A DNA stretch of 64,000 nt from Nanobdellati archaeon (GTDB taxonomy: Archaea > EX4484-52 > GLR71): NCBI GenBank assembly GCA_019429005.1, contig JAHYJR010000002.1, positions 1 to 64,000 of the forward strand. The letters run 5' to 3'. Each line of letters starts with the position of its first letter. Position 1 is the first letter of the stretch. This document shows, one piece after another, positions 41,056 to 50,806 of the stretch. The position numbers and the translations under genes were made by a program. The notes below the pieces were generated by a model. The model did no database searches. It was not told the origin of the DNA and saw nothing but the letters and a program-made list of their open reading frames with translations.

Positions 41056-43485
41056 TCACATATCAAATCCAAGTTTGATATCATAACCATTGCATTCTAT
41101 ATCACAATCATCTTTAAACTCAAGAGTTTCAGCTTTAACTGTATTTTGTATATCTTCAGATACAGTATCAATCAAATCTTTTAGTTCATCACTACAAGAG
41201 ATTCTTATCTTTTTTATAGGCTGATTCATAGACACATTTTGTATTGACTTGTATTTTCTTACAGCCCCAATTATGGAACAAGCTATATCACCAGATTTTT
41301 CAGATGTTTTATCAATAAGATCTTTTTCAATTTCAGGCCAAGCAGTTATATGCACACTTTCAGATTTTTCGTTTTCTTTGAAAAATATCTGATAAATCTC
41401 TTCAGAAATATAGGGTGTAATTGGTGCAATCAATTTAACACACGCAAGAAGAACTTTGTAAAGTGTATAATGTGCTGATTCTTTTGAACCTTTAGGATAT
41501 TTATCAGGATTATATAATCTATCTTTTGCAATCTCAAGATAGTTATCACATAAATCTTGCCAGAAAAAGTTCTCAAACGCTCTTTTTGACTTTGAATATT
41601 GATATTCATCAAAAGCTTCAGTACACGTCTTAATTGTATCTGTCATCTTTGAAAGTATCCATTTATCAATAGTATTGGTTACCTTAATTTTTTTAGGTTT
41701 ATAATCTTCAAGATGTATAAATGCAAACTTAGACGCATTCCACATCTTTGTTACAAACTTGAGACCTGTTTTGATATCTTTCTCTTGATAAGACATATCA
41801 TCTCCAAGCTTAGATTCAGATGCCCAGAAACGTAACGCATCAGCAGGATACTTTTGAAGGACTGTAGATGGTTCAATTACATTTCCTTTTGATTTTGACA
41901 TTTTTTTTCCGTGTGAATCTAGTGCAAATCCACTTATCATAGTATTTTTCCAAGGTATGTTATTTTCATGGAACATACTTTTTACAACAGTATTGAATAG
42001 CCATAATGTTATTATATCATGTGCTTGAGTTCGCAGGTCCATAGGGAATAATTTTTTCATAGCATCTTTATCATCAATAAGACCTATTGCAATCTGTGGT
42101 GTAAGTGTTGAAGTTGCCCATGTGTTCATCACATCACGATCAGGTTCAAAATCGGAGCTACCACATTTACATTTGTTTTTAGGTTTATCTGTTAAGGGAT
42201 CAACAGGTAATTGACTTTCATCTGCTACGTTTATTTCTCCACATTTTTTACAGTACCATACGGGGAAGGGTATACCAAAACTTCTTTGCATAGATATACA
42301 CCAATCCCATTGAAGACCATTAATCCAATTATCATATCTTGTTCGCATATATTCTGGATACCAATTTATCTTTTTTCCAGCATCAATAAATTCTTTTTTA
42401 AGATCAAGATATTTGATAAACCATTGGCTTGTCTTTAATATTTCAATTTCAGTATCACATCTTTCATGTACATTAACACTATGTGTTATCTTTTTAGAAC
42501 TTTTGAGTATTCCCGCTTTCTCAAGGTCTTCAATTATAATTTTTCTAGCTTCTTTTATTTGCATACCTTCATATTTTCCAGCAATTTTAGTCATTTTTCC
42601 ATCTTTAGTTATTGCAACCCTAAGTGGAAGTTTATGAGCCTTAAACCATTCAATATCAGTCTGGTCACCAAAAGTACAGCACATAACAAGACCTGTACCT
42701 TTTTCAGGATCAACACGTTCATCAAGTAAAACAGTCACATCATGTCCAAATATAGGTACTTTAGCTGTGGTGCCTTCAAGTTTTTTATATCGTTTATCAT
42801 CAGGATGTGCAAAAAGTGCAACGCAAGCAGGAAGTAATTCAGGTCGTGTTGTGCTTATTATAGCATCTTTACCATCTTTAAGGGTAAATGCAAGATCATT
42901 AAAACTACTATCAAGTTCCTTATCTTGAAGCTCAATCTGTGCAATTGCAGTCTGACATGTAGGACACCATATATAAGGTGCTTCCATTCGATATTCTCGT
43001 CCCATTTTATAAAGATCAATAAAAGATTTCTGTGATATTTTTTGCGAATGTAAATCTATTGTAGAATAAGAAAGTGACCAATCTGCAGATATACCTATAT
43101 TTTTCCAACCTTGTATAAAAGCATCACGAAGTTCATTGATTGTTGAATGACAAAGTTTTACAAAATCACCTCTTTCCATTTTAGAGGATTTTACATTTTT
43201 CATTTTTTCAACAAGTTTTGCTGTAGGAAGTCCATTATCATCTGTTCCAAAAGGGAAAAATACACTAAAACCTCTCATTCTTTTGTATCTTGCGATAAAA
43301 TCCATTTGTGAAAAAGAGAATGCATGACCCATATGCATATTTCCAGACATTGTAGGTGGTGGAGAATCAATTGAATATATCTTTTTTGAATTTATATCAA
43401 ATTTATATATCTCTTTTTTATTCCATTTATCATTGATTCTATTTTCAGCATCTTGCCATTCATATTTATTAGGAATTTCTCGCAT
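41056..43485 (-). CDS. valS: Valine--tRNA ligase (archaeal type)
   Basis: SIDSPPPT, HMGH, TTRPE, GTGLVMCCTFGD, KMSKS. Confidence 0.97.
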   Translation of the reverse strand: MREIPNKYEWQDAENRINDKWNKKEIYKFDINSKKIYSIDSPPPTMSGNMHMGHAFSFSQMDFIARYKRMRGFSVFFPFGTDDNGLPTAKLVEKMKNVKSSKMERGDFVKLCHSTINELRDAFIQGWKNIGISADWSLSYSTIDLHSQKISQKSFIDLYKMGREYRMEAPYIWCPTCQTAIAQIELQDKELDSSFNDLAFTLKDGKDAIISTTRPELLPACVALFAHPDDKRYKKLEGTTAKVPIFGHDVTVLLDERVDPEKGTGLVMCCTFGDQTDIEWFKAHKLPLRVAITKDGKMTKIAGKYEGMQIKEARKIIIEDLEKAGILKSSKKITHSVNVHERCDTEIEILKTSQWFIKYLDLKKEFIDAGKKINWYPEYMRTRYDNWINGLQWDWCISMQRSFGIPFPVWYCKKCGEINVADESQLPVDPLTDKPKNKCKCGSSDFEPDRDVMNTWATSTLTPQIAIGLIDDKDAMKKLFPMDLRTQAHDIITLWLFNTVVKSMFHENNIPWKNTMISGFALDSHGKKMSKSKGNVIEPSTVLQKYPADALRFWASESKLGDDMSYQEKDIKTGLKFVTKMWNASKFAFIHLEDYKPKKIKVTNTIDKWILSKMTDTIKTCTEAFDEYQYSKSKRAFENFFWQDLCDNYLEIAKDRLYNPDKYPKGSKESAHYTLYKVLLACVKLIAPITPYISEEIYQIFFKENEKSESVHITAWPEIEKDLIDKTSEKSGDIACSIIGAVRKYKSIQNVSMNQPIKKIRISCSDELKDLIDTVSEDIQNTVKAETLEFKDDCDIECNGYDIKLGFDM

Positions 43486-43600
43486 AAATATCACGTTTTA
43501 TAATTTTTAGATATTTAATCATATAAATCTACTTATTTTTTTGTGTTTTATAGAAAGATATTTAAACGCTTGGTTTAAATAACTATTATGTAGTGATATC

Positions 43601-44620
43601 ATGACATATTTATATCCTAGTTATGGAGAATCCCTTGATTTTCCAACAGATTTTGATGATAGATTAGATATTGTCTTATCAATTATAAATACAGAATCAA
43701 AATCTGCAATTCATGGATTTTGTTTAGATAATATTCCCAAAACAAAAGCTGAAATAAGAAATATTGCAAAAGATTATATGACAAACACTTCATCACTTCC
43801 AGACCCATCAACATTTGGAGAATATTGTAATTTTTTCTTTGAAAAAGGATCAGTTTCTAAAAGTAATATTTATTCAAAACCTAAAAAACAACCTAAGAAT
43901 AAATTTAAATTATCTGAAGAAGGTTATAAATATATCAAACCATTATCACAATTTTCACTTAAATATGCCGTTGATAATAATCTTAGTATGCAAGATATTT
44001 TTGGACAGACAAGTTCTAAAGGCTCTGGAAGCAGTCCATTTTATACTGGAATAATATTGCTTGAACTTAATCAAAAGGATAATATAAGTATTCATGACAT
44101 AAAAAATAATGTTAAAGTATATACAATTAATATAAGTAAACATCTTAAACGTCTTGAAAATTGTGGTTTTGTTGACTATGAATCTGTTTTTTCAGAAACA
44201 TCAAATTGGTCTGAACAAGATATTAAAGCAAAATATATACCTTGCGAAATACAATCAAATGTAATATTAACAGATAAAGGTCGCCAATTTATTGAAGAGT
44301 ATCTTAAACCAGTATATCAATTCATAAGTGATTCGGATTACGATATTGTTAATGATACAATTAAGGACATAGACCCTTATGCATATATTTCAAAAGGTTT
44401 CGAATTATATAAAAAGGCATCACCAAGATCTAAAGCTGAATCTTGTGAAACAATCCAAAATAAAATTCTTGAAATTTTAAAAAATGGCGAAGTTAGAAAA
44501 AAGGATATCGATTCAATTCTAGAAAAAAAAGACACATCAAAATATCTTAAACCCTTATTTGAGAATGGTATTCTCAACAAACGAAAATCAGGACTTGCTG
44601 TATTTTATTCTATTTTATAA
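43601..44620 (+). CDS. Multi winged-helix hypothetical protein
   Basis: Several wHTH-like segments (FKLSEEG; ISKHLKRLENCGFV; SKYLKPLFENGIL). Confidence 0.6.
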   Translation: MTYLYPSYGESLDFPTDFDDRLDIVLSIINTESKSAIHGFCLDNIPKTKAEIRNIAKDYMTNTSSLPDPSTFGEYCNFFFEKGSVSKSNIYSKPKKQPKNKFKLSEEGYKYIKPLSQFSLKYAVDNNLSMQDIFGQTSSKGSGSSPFYTGIILLELNQKDNISIHDIKNNVKVYTINISKHLKRLENCGFVDYESVFSETSNWSEQDIKAKYIPCEIQSNVILTDKGRQFIEEYLKPVYQFISDSDYDIVNDTIKDIDPYAYISKGFELYKKASPRSKAESCETIQNKILEILKNGEVRKKDIDSILEKKDTSKYLKPLFENGILNKRKSGLAVFYSIL

Positions 44621-44658
44621 AATTAAAATACAATTTTAAAATAAAAATAACAAAAAAT

Positions 44659-45801
44659 CTAAAACAAAATAAATGCTAAAGACACGATACCTGCGACAGA
44701 AAAACCAAAAAATATCTTTAGTATTGCATCTGATACAAGAAGGGTACATGCTAAAAATATAACTTTCCCTAGATTCATTGAAAATTCTTTAAATACTATA
44801 AATTCATCAGGATTTTTCTTATTTGCTTCATCAAAACTTACAGCAACAAAAGGAAGATCAATTAATACAATAATCAGACCACCTAAAAAGCTTAATATAA
44901 AATAATCAATTGTACCTTTTGAGAAAATTCTGACAAACCATAATATACCGAAAAGTAAACCGCCATAACGTATAAGTTTAAATTTATCCATGTTATCCGA
45001 TTTTTTACCAATATAAAATGTAAATGCAATTATTCCAAGACTTGTTATAGTATGAGATAACCCCATTCCAATTGTGCTTCCTTGAAGTCCCCAATATATG
45101 AAAATTGGCCAAAATAAATAACTAACTAGCGATTTGATACCATGAAACATAAAATATATTAAATATTTAAAATTATTTTTAAATTTCAACATTTTTTTAA
45201 ATGAAAAATTAACATGAGTTTTTGTATCTTTTGTGAAAAATAAAGGTATAATTGATATACAAACAAATACTGTTGTTGTTATAAAAAGTATATTAAAACC
45301 AAAAACAAGTGCGATTAGACCTCCAATTGTAGGACCTGCAAGCGATGCAATTTGTGGTATGGAAAACAGTTTACTTGTTTGTGTTCCTCTATGTAATTTA
45401 TTACTATGTTTAGCAAATATTGAATTTATTGAATTCCAATATAATGATGCACTACCTCCACCAATTAATGCAAGTAAATATATTGATATTGAATATGTTT
45501 CTATAAAATTTAAACCAAGTAAAAATGTAATAAGGAATGGCACTCTTAACATAATTATATGTTTAAAACCAATCTTGTTTGCAAGTGTTGCAGCAAATGG
45601 TGATACAAAACCAAGAGTACCTTCAAAAACAATAAAGAACATAATAACTTCATTAAAAGAATAACCTAGTTTAAGAAGATATATCGGTATAAATACAGAT
45701 ACGAGAGATAATGCAAAGCTTTGTATTGATAAGTTCATGTATACCTCCGAAAGCTCATTCTTAAGTATATGAATCTTATGAAAATGATAATGTCTATGCA
45801 T
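44659..45801 (-). CDS. MFS transporter
   Basis: 12-TM pattern, ANKIGFK, GPTIGGLI..FGF, GKKSD. Confidence 0.88.
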   Translation of the reverse strand: MHRHYHFHKIHILKNELSEVYMNLSIQSFALSLVSVFIPIYLLKLGYSFNEVIMFFIVFEGTLGFVSPFAATLANKIGFKHIIMLRVPFLITFLLGLNFIETYSISIYLLALIGGGSASLYWNSINSIFAKHSNKLHRGTQTSKLFSIPQIASLAGPTIGGLIALVFGFNILFITTTVFVCISIIPLFFTKDTKTHVNFSFKKMLKFKNNFKYLIYFMFHGIKSLVSYLFWPIFIYWGLQGSTIGMGLSHTITSLGIIAFTFYIGKKSDNMDKFKLIRYGGLLFGILWFVRIFSKGTIDYFILSFLGGLIIVLIDLPFVAVSFDEANKKNPDEFIVFKEFSMNLGKVIFLACTLLVSDAILKIFFGFSVAGIVSLAFILF

Positions 45802-45894
45802 ATTATCAGTATATTTAATCTAGTTTATATATTTTCGTGATGTTCCCTATTTAAAACGATAATTTTATAACCCTTAAAATATATTAAATATTAT

Positions 45895-46422
45895 ATAAAA
45901 CAAAGAGCGTTAATACTAGTAGATTTTGAAAATGAATGGATTAATAAAAATTCAGATTATTTTGTTGGAGATATTTCAAAAGTTATTGAAAAGACAAATA
46001 AGCTTATTGATTTTTGTAGAAAAAACAATTATAAAATAATATTCATTGCACATATTGAAAAAGATTCAAATAATGTATTTGCAGAAAATTCTGAAAACAT
46101 AAAAATTATTAACGAAATCAAAAGACACGATACCGATGTATTAATTAAAAAATATAAAATTATTCCATTTTTTAAGACGTCTCTTGAAGAAGAACTTCAA
46201 AGTATTAATGAAATTATTGTTTGTGGGATCTTAACAAATTTATGTGTTAGAAGTCTTATTCAAGATGCATATGATAGAGATTTTGAAATAAAAGTAATTA
46301 AAGATTGTTGTGTCGCTTTTGATGACAAAACACAAGAATTTACATTTAAAGATTTAAAGGATACAAGAGAAGAAATCGAATTCATAGATTTGAATGATTA
46401 TATTGAATTCAATTTAAATTAG
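45895..46422 (+). CDS. Isochorismatase/cysteine hydrolase family protein with no canonical start (ATA); not in ORF track
   Basis: Uninterrupted 175-codon frame: ALILVDFENEW...IKKYK...CGILTNLCVRS..QDAYDRDF...DCC. Confidence 0.75.
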   Translation: MKQRALILVDFENEWINKNSDYFVGDISKVIEKTNKLIDFCRKNNYKIIFIAHIEKDSNNVFAENSENIKIINEIKRHDTDVLIKKYKIIPFFKTSLEEELQSINEIIVCGILTNLCVRSLIQDAYDRDFEIKVIKDCCVAFDDKTQEFTFKDLKDTREEIEFIDLNDYIEFNLN

Positions 46423-46515
46423 TTATTTTAACAATGTATTATCAGTCAAATAATATGATTTTTTTAAAATAATTAAAATAGAAAACTATTTATTACACCT
46501 AGGTCAATTTAGATT

Positions 46516-46845
46516 ATGCACCGTCTGAATATATATCCAAAAGAGCTTAATAAAAAGTCGAAGATTATAATTACATCTTTAATTATATTTTGTATATTAT
46601 TAATTATAGTCTCTTTATATACATCAGGTAACATAAAAACGTTATTTTGTGAAAACGAAAAAGTACTTATAATAAATAGTAATGGCGGAACATTCGGCAC
46701 ACTTCTTGGAGAAGACAAAAATCATGTATTTCCAAATGGTGCTGTCGGCGGTTATAATATAATTTCACAGACTGGAGAAAACACATGGGTCATTTCAAGT
46801 ACAGTAGATGGTTTTGCTCGTAAAGAAACAAGATGTATAAACTGA
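46516..46845 (+). CDS. Membrane-anchored hypothetical protein
   Basis: Single TM; 17-bp tandem duplication 46830-46863 spans the stop. Confidence 0.5.
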   Translation: MHRLNIYPKELNKKSKIIITSLIIFCILLIIVSLYTSGNIKTLFCENEKVLIINSNGGTFGTLLGEDKNHVFPNGAVGGYNIISQTGENTWVISSTVDGFARKETRCIN

Positions 46846-46967
46846 TAAGATGTATAAACTGATTTGAGTATATATATTTTTGTTTTTAGTATTTCTCATT
46901 TTCTAATATATTTTTTCTAATATATTATAAATCTTATTTTTTTATAAATCAATCTTTTTTTAAAATT

Positions 46968-47153
46968 TTATTTCATTTTTCGTGACACATAAAATATAAT
47001 CACAGTTATAACAAAATAAATCAGCATATAATACAATATAGTACTTGTGCATAACTGATCTTGTAGCTTTAAAAGGGTTAATATATAAGTTAAAGAAACT
47101 GCAAAAAGTATATATCCTATAACCTGTTTTTGTTTAATTTTTTTTATTATCAT
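46968..47153 (-). CDS. Small 2-TM protein
   Basis: Hydrophobic ORF downstream of 47167 gene. Confidence 0.5.
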   Translation of the reverse strand: MIIKKIKQKQVIGYILFAVSLTYILTLLKLQDQLCTSTILYYMLIYFVITVIIFYVSRKMK

Positions 47154-47166
47154 AAATAATCAGTTT

Positions 47167-47430
47167 CTAACAATATTTTCCTTTAATCTCTTCAAGCTTA
47201 ACATACCATTCATTAACATCAAGTCGTTTCACATCAGGACCATGCAATAATTCACCAGTTATAAGTTTGTTAAGAAGATATGGTGTTGCACATTTATCAC
47301 AATCCGTATGACCTGCAAATTCACAGTAACTTTGTTGTTTCCATAGATTTATGCAAAATTCAAGTTCAGAAACAAGTGTAGCTTTTGAAATATTTTCTTT
47401 ATCATTTGAAACAGAGTCATAATTTTCCAT
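47167..47430 (-). CDS. Small Cys-containing hypothetical protein
   Basis: ELEFC..LW....C.F...T.CDKCA.PY; GTGAT RBS. Confidence 0.7.
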   Translation of the reverse strand: MENYDSVSNDKENISKATLVSELEFCINLWKQQSYCEFAGHTDCDKCATPYLLNKLITGELLHGPDVKRLDVNEWYVKLEEIKGKYC

Positions 47431-47480
47431 AATAATCACAGAATATCATTAATCTTAAATATTAATAACCTTATTGATTT

Positions 47481-48158
47481 TTAAAAAAAACATCGCATAA
47501 ATTCTTTTTCCCAATCATCAAGATCATCATCTCCAATTTCATTTGAGACTTCTCGCTTTGCACGCGTTGTTTCTTTGTATTCTTTACGCCAATGATATGC
47601 AAAAAGACCACCTACAAAAAATCCGGTAAGATGTGCTACATGTCCAATATTGCTTGGCGTGAAAAGCCCAACAACATCAAAAACAATCCATAACCCCGCA
47701 AAAAAAGCCATAGGCAATGGAACACCACCCCAATATATCATCATCTTAGGCCTTAAAACACCAAGAATACCGATAACACCCATAATTGCACCAGATGCTC
47801 CAAGCGACATAGAATTAGGATAAGCGTAAATACTTGCTATAGCGGAAGTTATACCTGCTATAAAATAAAGATGTAAAAATTTTCGTGAATCTATAACACG
47901 TTCAAGTATAAAACCAAACCATGCAAGTGCAAACATGTTATATACAAGATGTTCAATATCTGCATGCAAAAACATTGATGTGATAAGAGTCCATGGTGCA
48001 GATAATACATTTTCGGGATTTAAAGCAAATATTGGTACTATCCAAGGCGCAACAGTTTCAATAAAAAAAATAATAAAATTAATAGCAACTAAAATCAATG
48101 AATAATAACCATGATATTCTTGTGTTTTCTTTTTAGTTGACATAGAAATATATTGCAT
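47481..48158 (-). CDS. Rhomboid intramembrane serine protease
   Basis: FLHADIEHLVYNM, GASGA, AHLTG. Confidence 0.93.
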   Translation of the reverse strand: MQYISMSTKKKTQEYHGYYSLILVAINFIIFFIETVAPWIVPIFALNPENVLSAPWTLITSMFLHADIEHLVYNMFALAWFGFILERVIDSRKFLHLYFIAGITSAIASIYAYPNSMSLGASGAIMGVIGILGVLRPKMMIYWGGVPLPMAFFAGLWIVFDVVGLFTPSNIGHVAHLTGFFVGGLFAYHWRKEYKETTRAKREVSNEIGDDDLDDWEKEFMRCFF

Positions 48159-48185
48159 CTATTATTTTTATGTTTGTTTGTGTTT

Positions 48186-48968
48186 TTAAAGACCTTTCAT
48201 TATCTCGCGAATATCTGTTATTATAGTTGATGGTTTCTCATCACCAACAGCATTTTCTATTTTTTCCATATTTGCATTATCATGAACAAGAACGCCCGTA
48301 AATAACCCACTTATATTTCCAAGTTTTATATCTGTACTTATATTGCTTCCAATAAGTATTGTATCTTCAGGAAATAAAAAAATATCATTTAATATACGCT
48401 CTTTCATATACCCTGAAGGTGAACCGAGTAATTGAATATTCTTACCAGTAAAGGTTTTAACGGCTGTAGAAAATGGTAATGCACCCGGATAAATCTCATC
48501 ACCGACAGACCATCTACTATCAAGACCTGTTGTATAAAGTTTTGCTCCAGCGTCAACAAGATCGTATATTTTTTTAAGTTTCCAATAAGTAAAATTTCTA
48601 TCAGTCCCAATAAGAACATGTTTTGCATCATCTTTTATTGAAATACCATATTTGTTAAGTTCTTTTATTAAACCAGATTCACCGACAACATAAACTTCAT
48701 CAATATTATTTTCTTCAAAATATTTTGCACATACATACCCTGTACTGATAATTTCTTTTTCACCTGTTTTTATGCCTAATTTTGTTAATCTCTGTGCAAT
48801 CTGTTCACGAGTACTTATAGAATTACTAGTAATATAATATATTTTTTTGCCACGATTTTTTAATGTAGAAATAACCCTATTTACATGAGGGTAAAGCTCA
48901 TTCCATTTCCATATAGTGTCATCTAAACTAAATATAAATGTTTTTATATTTGAATAATTAGTAATCAT
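48186..48968 (-). CDS. HAD-IIA (NagD-like) protein with substituted catalytic motifs
   Basis: FIFSLDDTIW, ITSNS, LLGSPS, IGSNISTDI. Confidence 0.8.
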   Translation of the reverse strand: MITNYSNIKTFIFSLDDTIWKWNELYPHVNRVISTLKNRGKKIYYITSNSISTREQIAQRLTKLGIKTGEKEIISTGYVCAKYFEENNIDEVYVVGESGLIKELNKYGISIKDDAKHVLIGTDRNFTYWKLKKIYDLVDAGAKLYTTGLDSRWSVGDEIYPGALPFSTAVKTFTGKNIQLLGSPSGYMKERILNDIFLFPEDTILIGSNISTDIKLGNISGLFTGVLVHDNANMEKIENAVGDEKPSTIITDIREIMKGL

Positions 48969-49099
48969 GATTATCTTTTTGTTTAAGAAATAATTTAAAA
49001 GTATTGTTACTGTTTAAAAACATTATATTAAATTCAATTTGATTTAAAAAAAAATATACACAAAAATTAATTTTTATAGTTTTTTAAAATAAGTCTGAA

Positions 49100-49843
49100 T
49101 TAAGGCCCTAAAACAGTTTTTATTTTATCTAAAAAAGCAACGTTAATCTTAAGTTTATGATTCACAGCATCATCATAAGTTGTTTGGATAATATCAAGAA
49201 GTTCATCTCGTGCTTCATTTAATACAAATTTATTATCCTGAATTAAATCTGCAGATTTCAGTGCTTTTATATATAAACCATTATTATAATAAAATAAAAT
49301 TTCAGTAACAAAATTATTATCTCTCAGTATCTCATGGTCTCTAAGAATCTGTGTTCGATAAAAACCATATTTCAAATGTGTTAAAGCTGTTTCCAAATCA
49401 AGATTTTTTGATTCTTTATAATACCTATAATAATCTCTAGTTAATTTTGTTAAATGTTTTATTCGATCATTAAAAAAAGGTGCAATTTCTTTCTTTTTCC
49501 TGAATAATTTTTTTTTAGACACATATTTATAATTTAAACCTGGAAATATGAATCTAATTACGTTTATAATACTATTTGTTCCAATTTCACAATTTATATA
49601 AGGCGCATAATCTGAATTCATGAAATAAACATCATCATTAACTTTTGAAATGATTTCAGTATTGACCAACTTATTTAATATAGCTATATTTTTTTCTTCA
49701 ACAATAAAATTGAATTCACAAAAATCTTTGAACATGTCATACATTTGAATTACATTAAAACTTTTACCTGGTTTAATATCAGTCAAATTCATGACATAGA
49801 TTGCTACATCTTTCTTAATTTCATAGTCGTTATCCAAAATCAC
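49100..49843 (-). CDS. Hypothetical protein
   Basis: 247-aa ORF. Confidence 0.65.
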   Translation of the reverse strand: MILDNDYEIKKDVAIYVMNLTDIKPGKSFNVIQMYDMFKDFCEFNFIVEEKNIAILNKLVNTEIISKVNDDVYFMNSDYAPYINCEIGTNSIINVIRFIFPGLNYKYVSKKKLFRKKKEIAPFFNDRIKHLTKLTRDYYRYYKESKNLDLETALTHLKYGFYRTQILRDHEILRDNNFVTEILFYYNNGLYIKALKSADLIQDNKFVLNEARDELLDIIQTTYDDAVNHKLKINVAFLDKIKTVLGP

Positions 49844-49997
49844 ACCATTTTAGTTTATTTAACATTATAATTTAGATTTCAATGTTTTTATTTGTTTTAA
49901 TTGTGATAAAATGTCAAAATAGCTATATAATATGATATTTATAGTTTTATTAACAAAAATAATAACACAATATATAATCAGATTAAATGTGGCATTT

Positions 49998-50742
49998 ATG
50001 AAAGAAGTCATAAAATTGAAAAACCTTACAAAGGTTTACAATGTTCCAAGAAAAGGATTAAAAAGCACTTTATAAAAATGGAAAATGGAAAAATTCAAAA
50101 CATAAAGAAAAAATATATTGATTCTAAATTAATTGAAGTTGAATATAGGGATTGTAAAGATGAAACACTTTATGATAAAGTCTTATAAGATGTTGAAGTT
50201 ATAACGAAAAATAATACACTTTTGATTTTAAAAGTCAAAGAGAAAAACGTTTCAGATGTAATTGGCAATATTTTCAAATCTCTGAAAGTGATTGATATCA
50301 AAATACAAGAACCCAAATTAGAAAATGTTGTAAAAAAGATTTACAAAAAGAAAAAGAATTCATAAGGTAACTATTTATGGGTTATGTGTCTAAGCATCTA
50401 AAAATATTCTAGAGAATTTGTGTGCTTAGTTTTAAAACAGTAATTGAATATCGTGCTAATTTTTTTACTAGTTTAGTAGGTCAAATAACACACCTCTTAA
50501 TCAAACTTCTATTCTGGAGTATTATATTTTTGAATATTCCCTCATTTGCATGATTGCAATTAAAAGATATACTAATTTTATTCATCTTTTTTGAAATTTC
50601 AGAAATGATATTTAATTTTCTTCATGGTTTTTGTAATTTGCCTAATAAAATTGTGAAAGGTGGATTATCGCACTATTTATTTTATCACGCTTTATCTGGA
50701 AACTTGGAGCAAAACGGTTTGAGTCACAAGGCGGTTAAATAA
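49998..50742 (+). pseudogene. ABC transporter remnant (ATPase with core deleted plus ABC-2 permease fragment)
   Basis: MKEVIKLKNLTKVY joined to ...IDIKIQEPKLENVVKKIY; then EYRANFF...LFWSIIF with stops. Confidence 0.7.
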
Positions 50743-50806
50743 TCCATGACTTAATTCATAACCCAAATACAATAACAATATAAACAAATAAAACCAATCT
50801 TAATCT

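Noticed and set aside
6684-50742. Stop-codon reassignment suggested by in-frame TGA/TAA in AlkD, racemase, methyltransferase and ABC permease
   Set aside because: Stops are of mixed type, co-occur with frameshifts and truncations, and core genes (valS, gor, gltX, glgP) are uninterrupted and end in TGA or TAA; ordinary pseudogenisation
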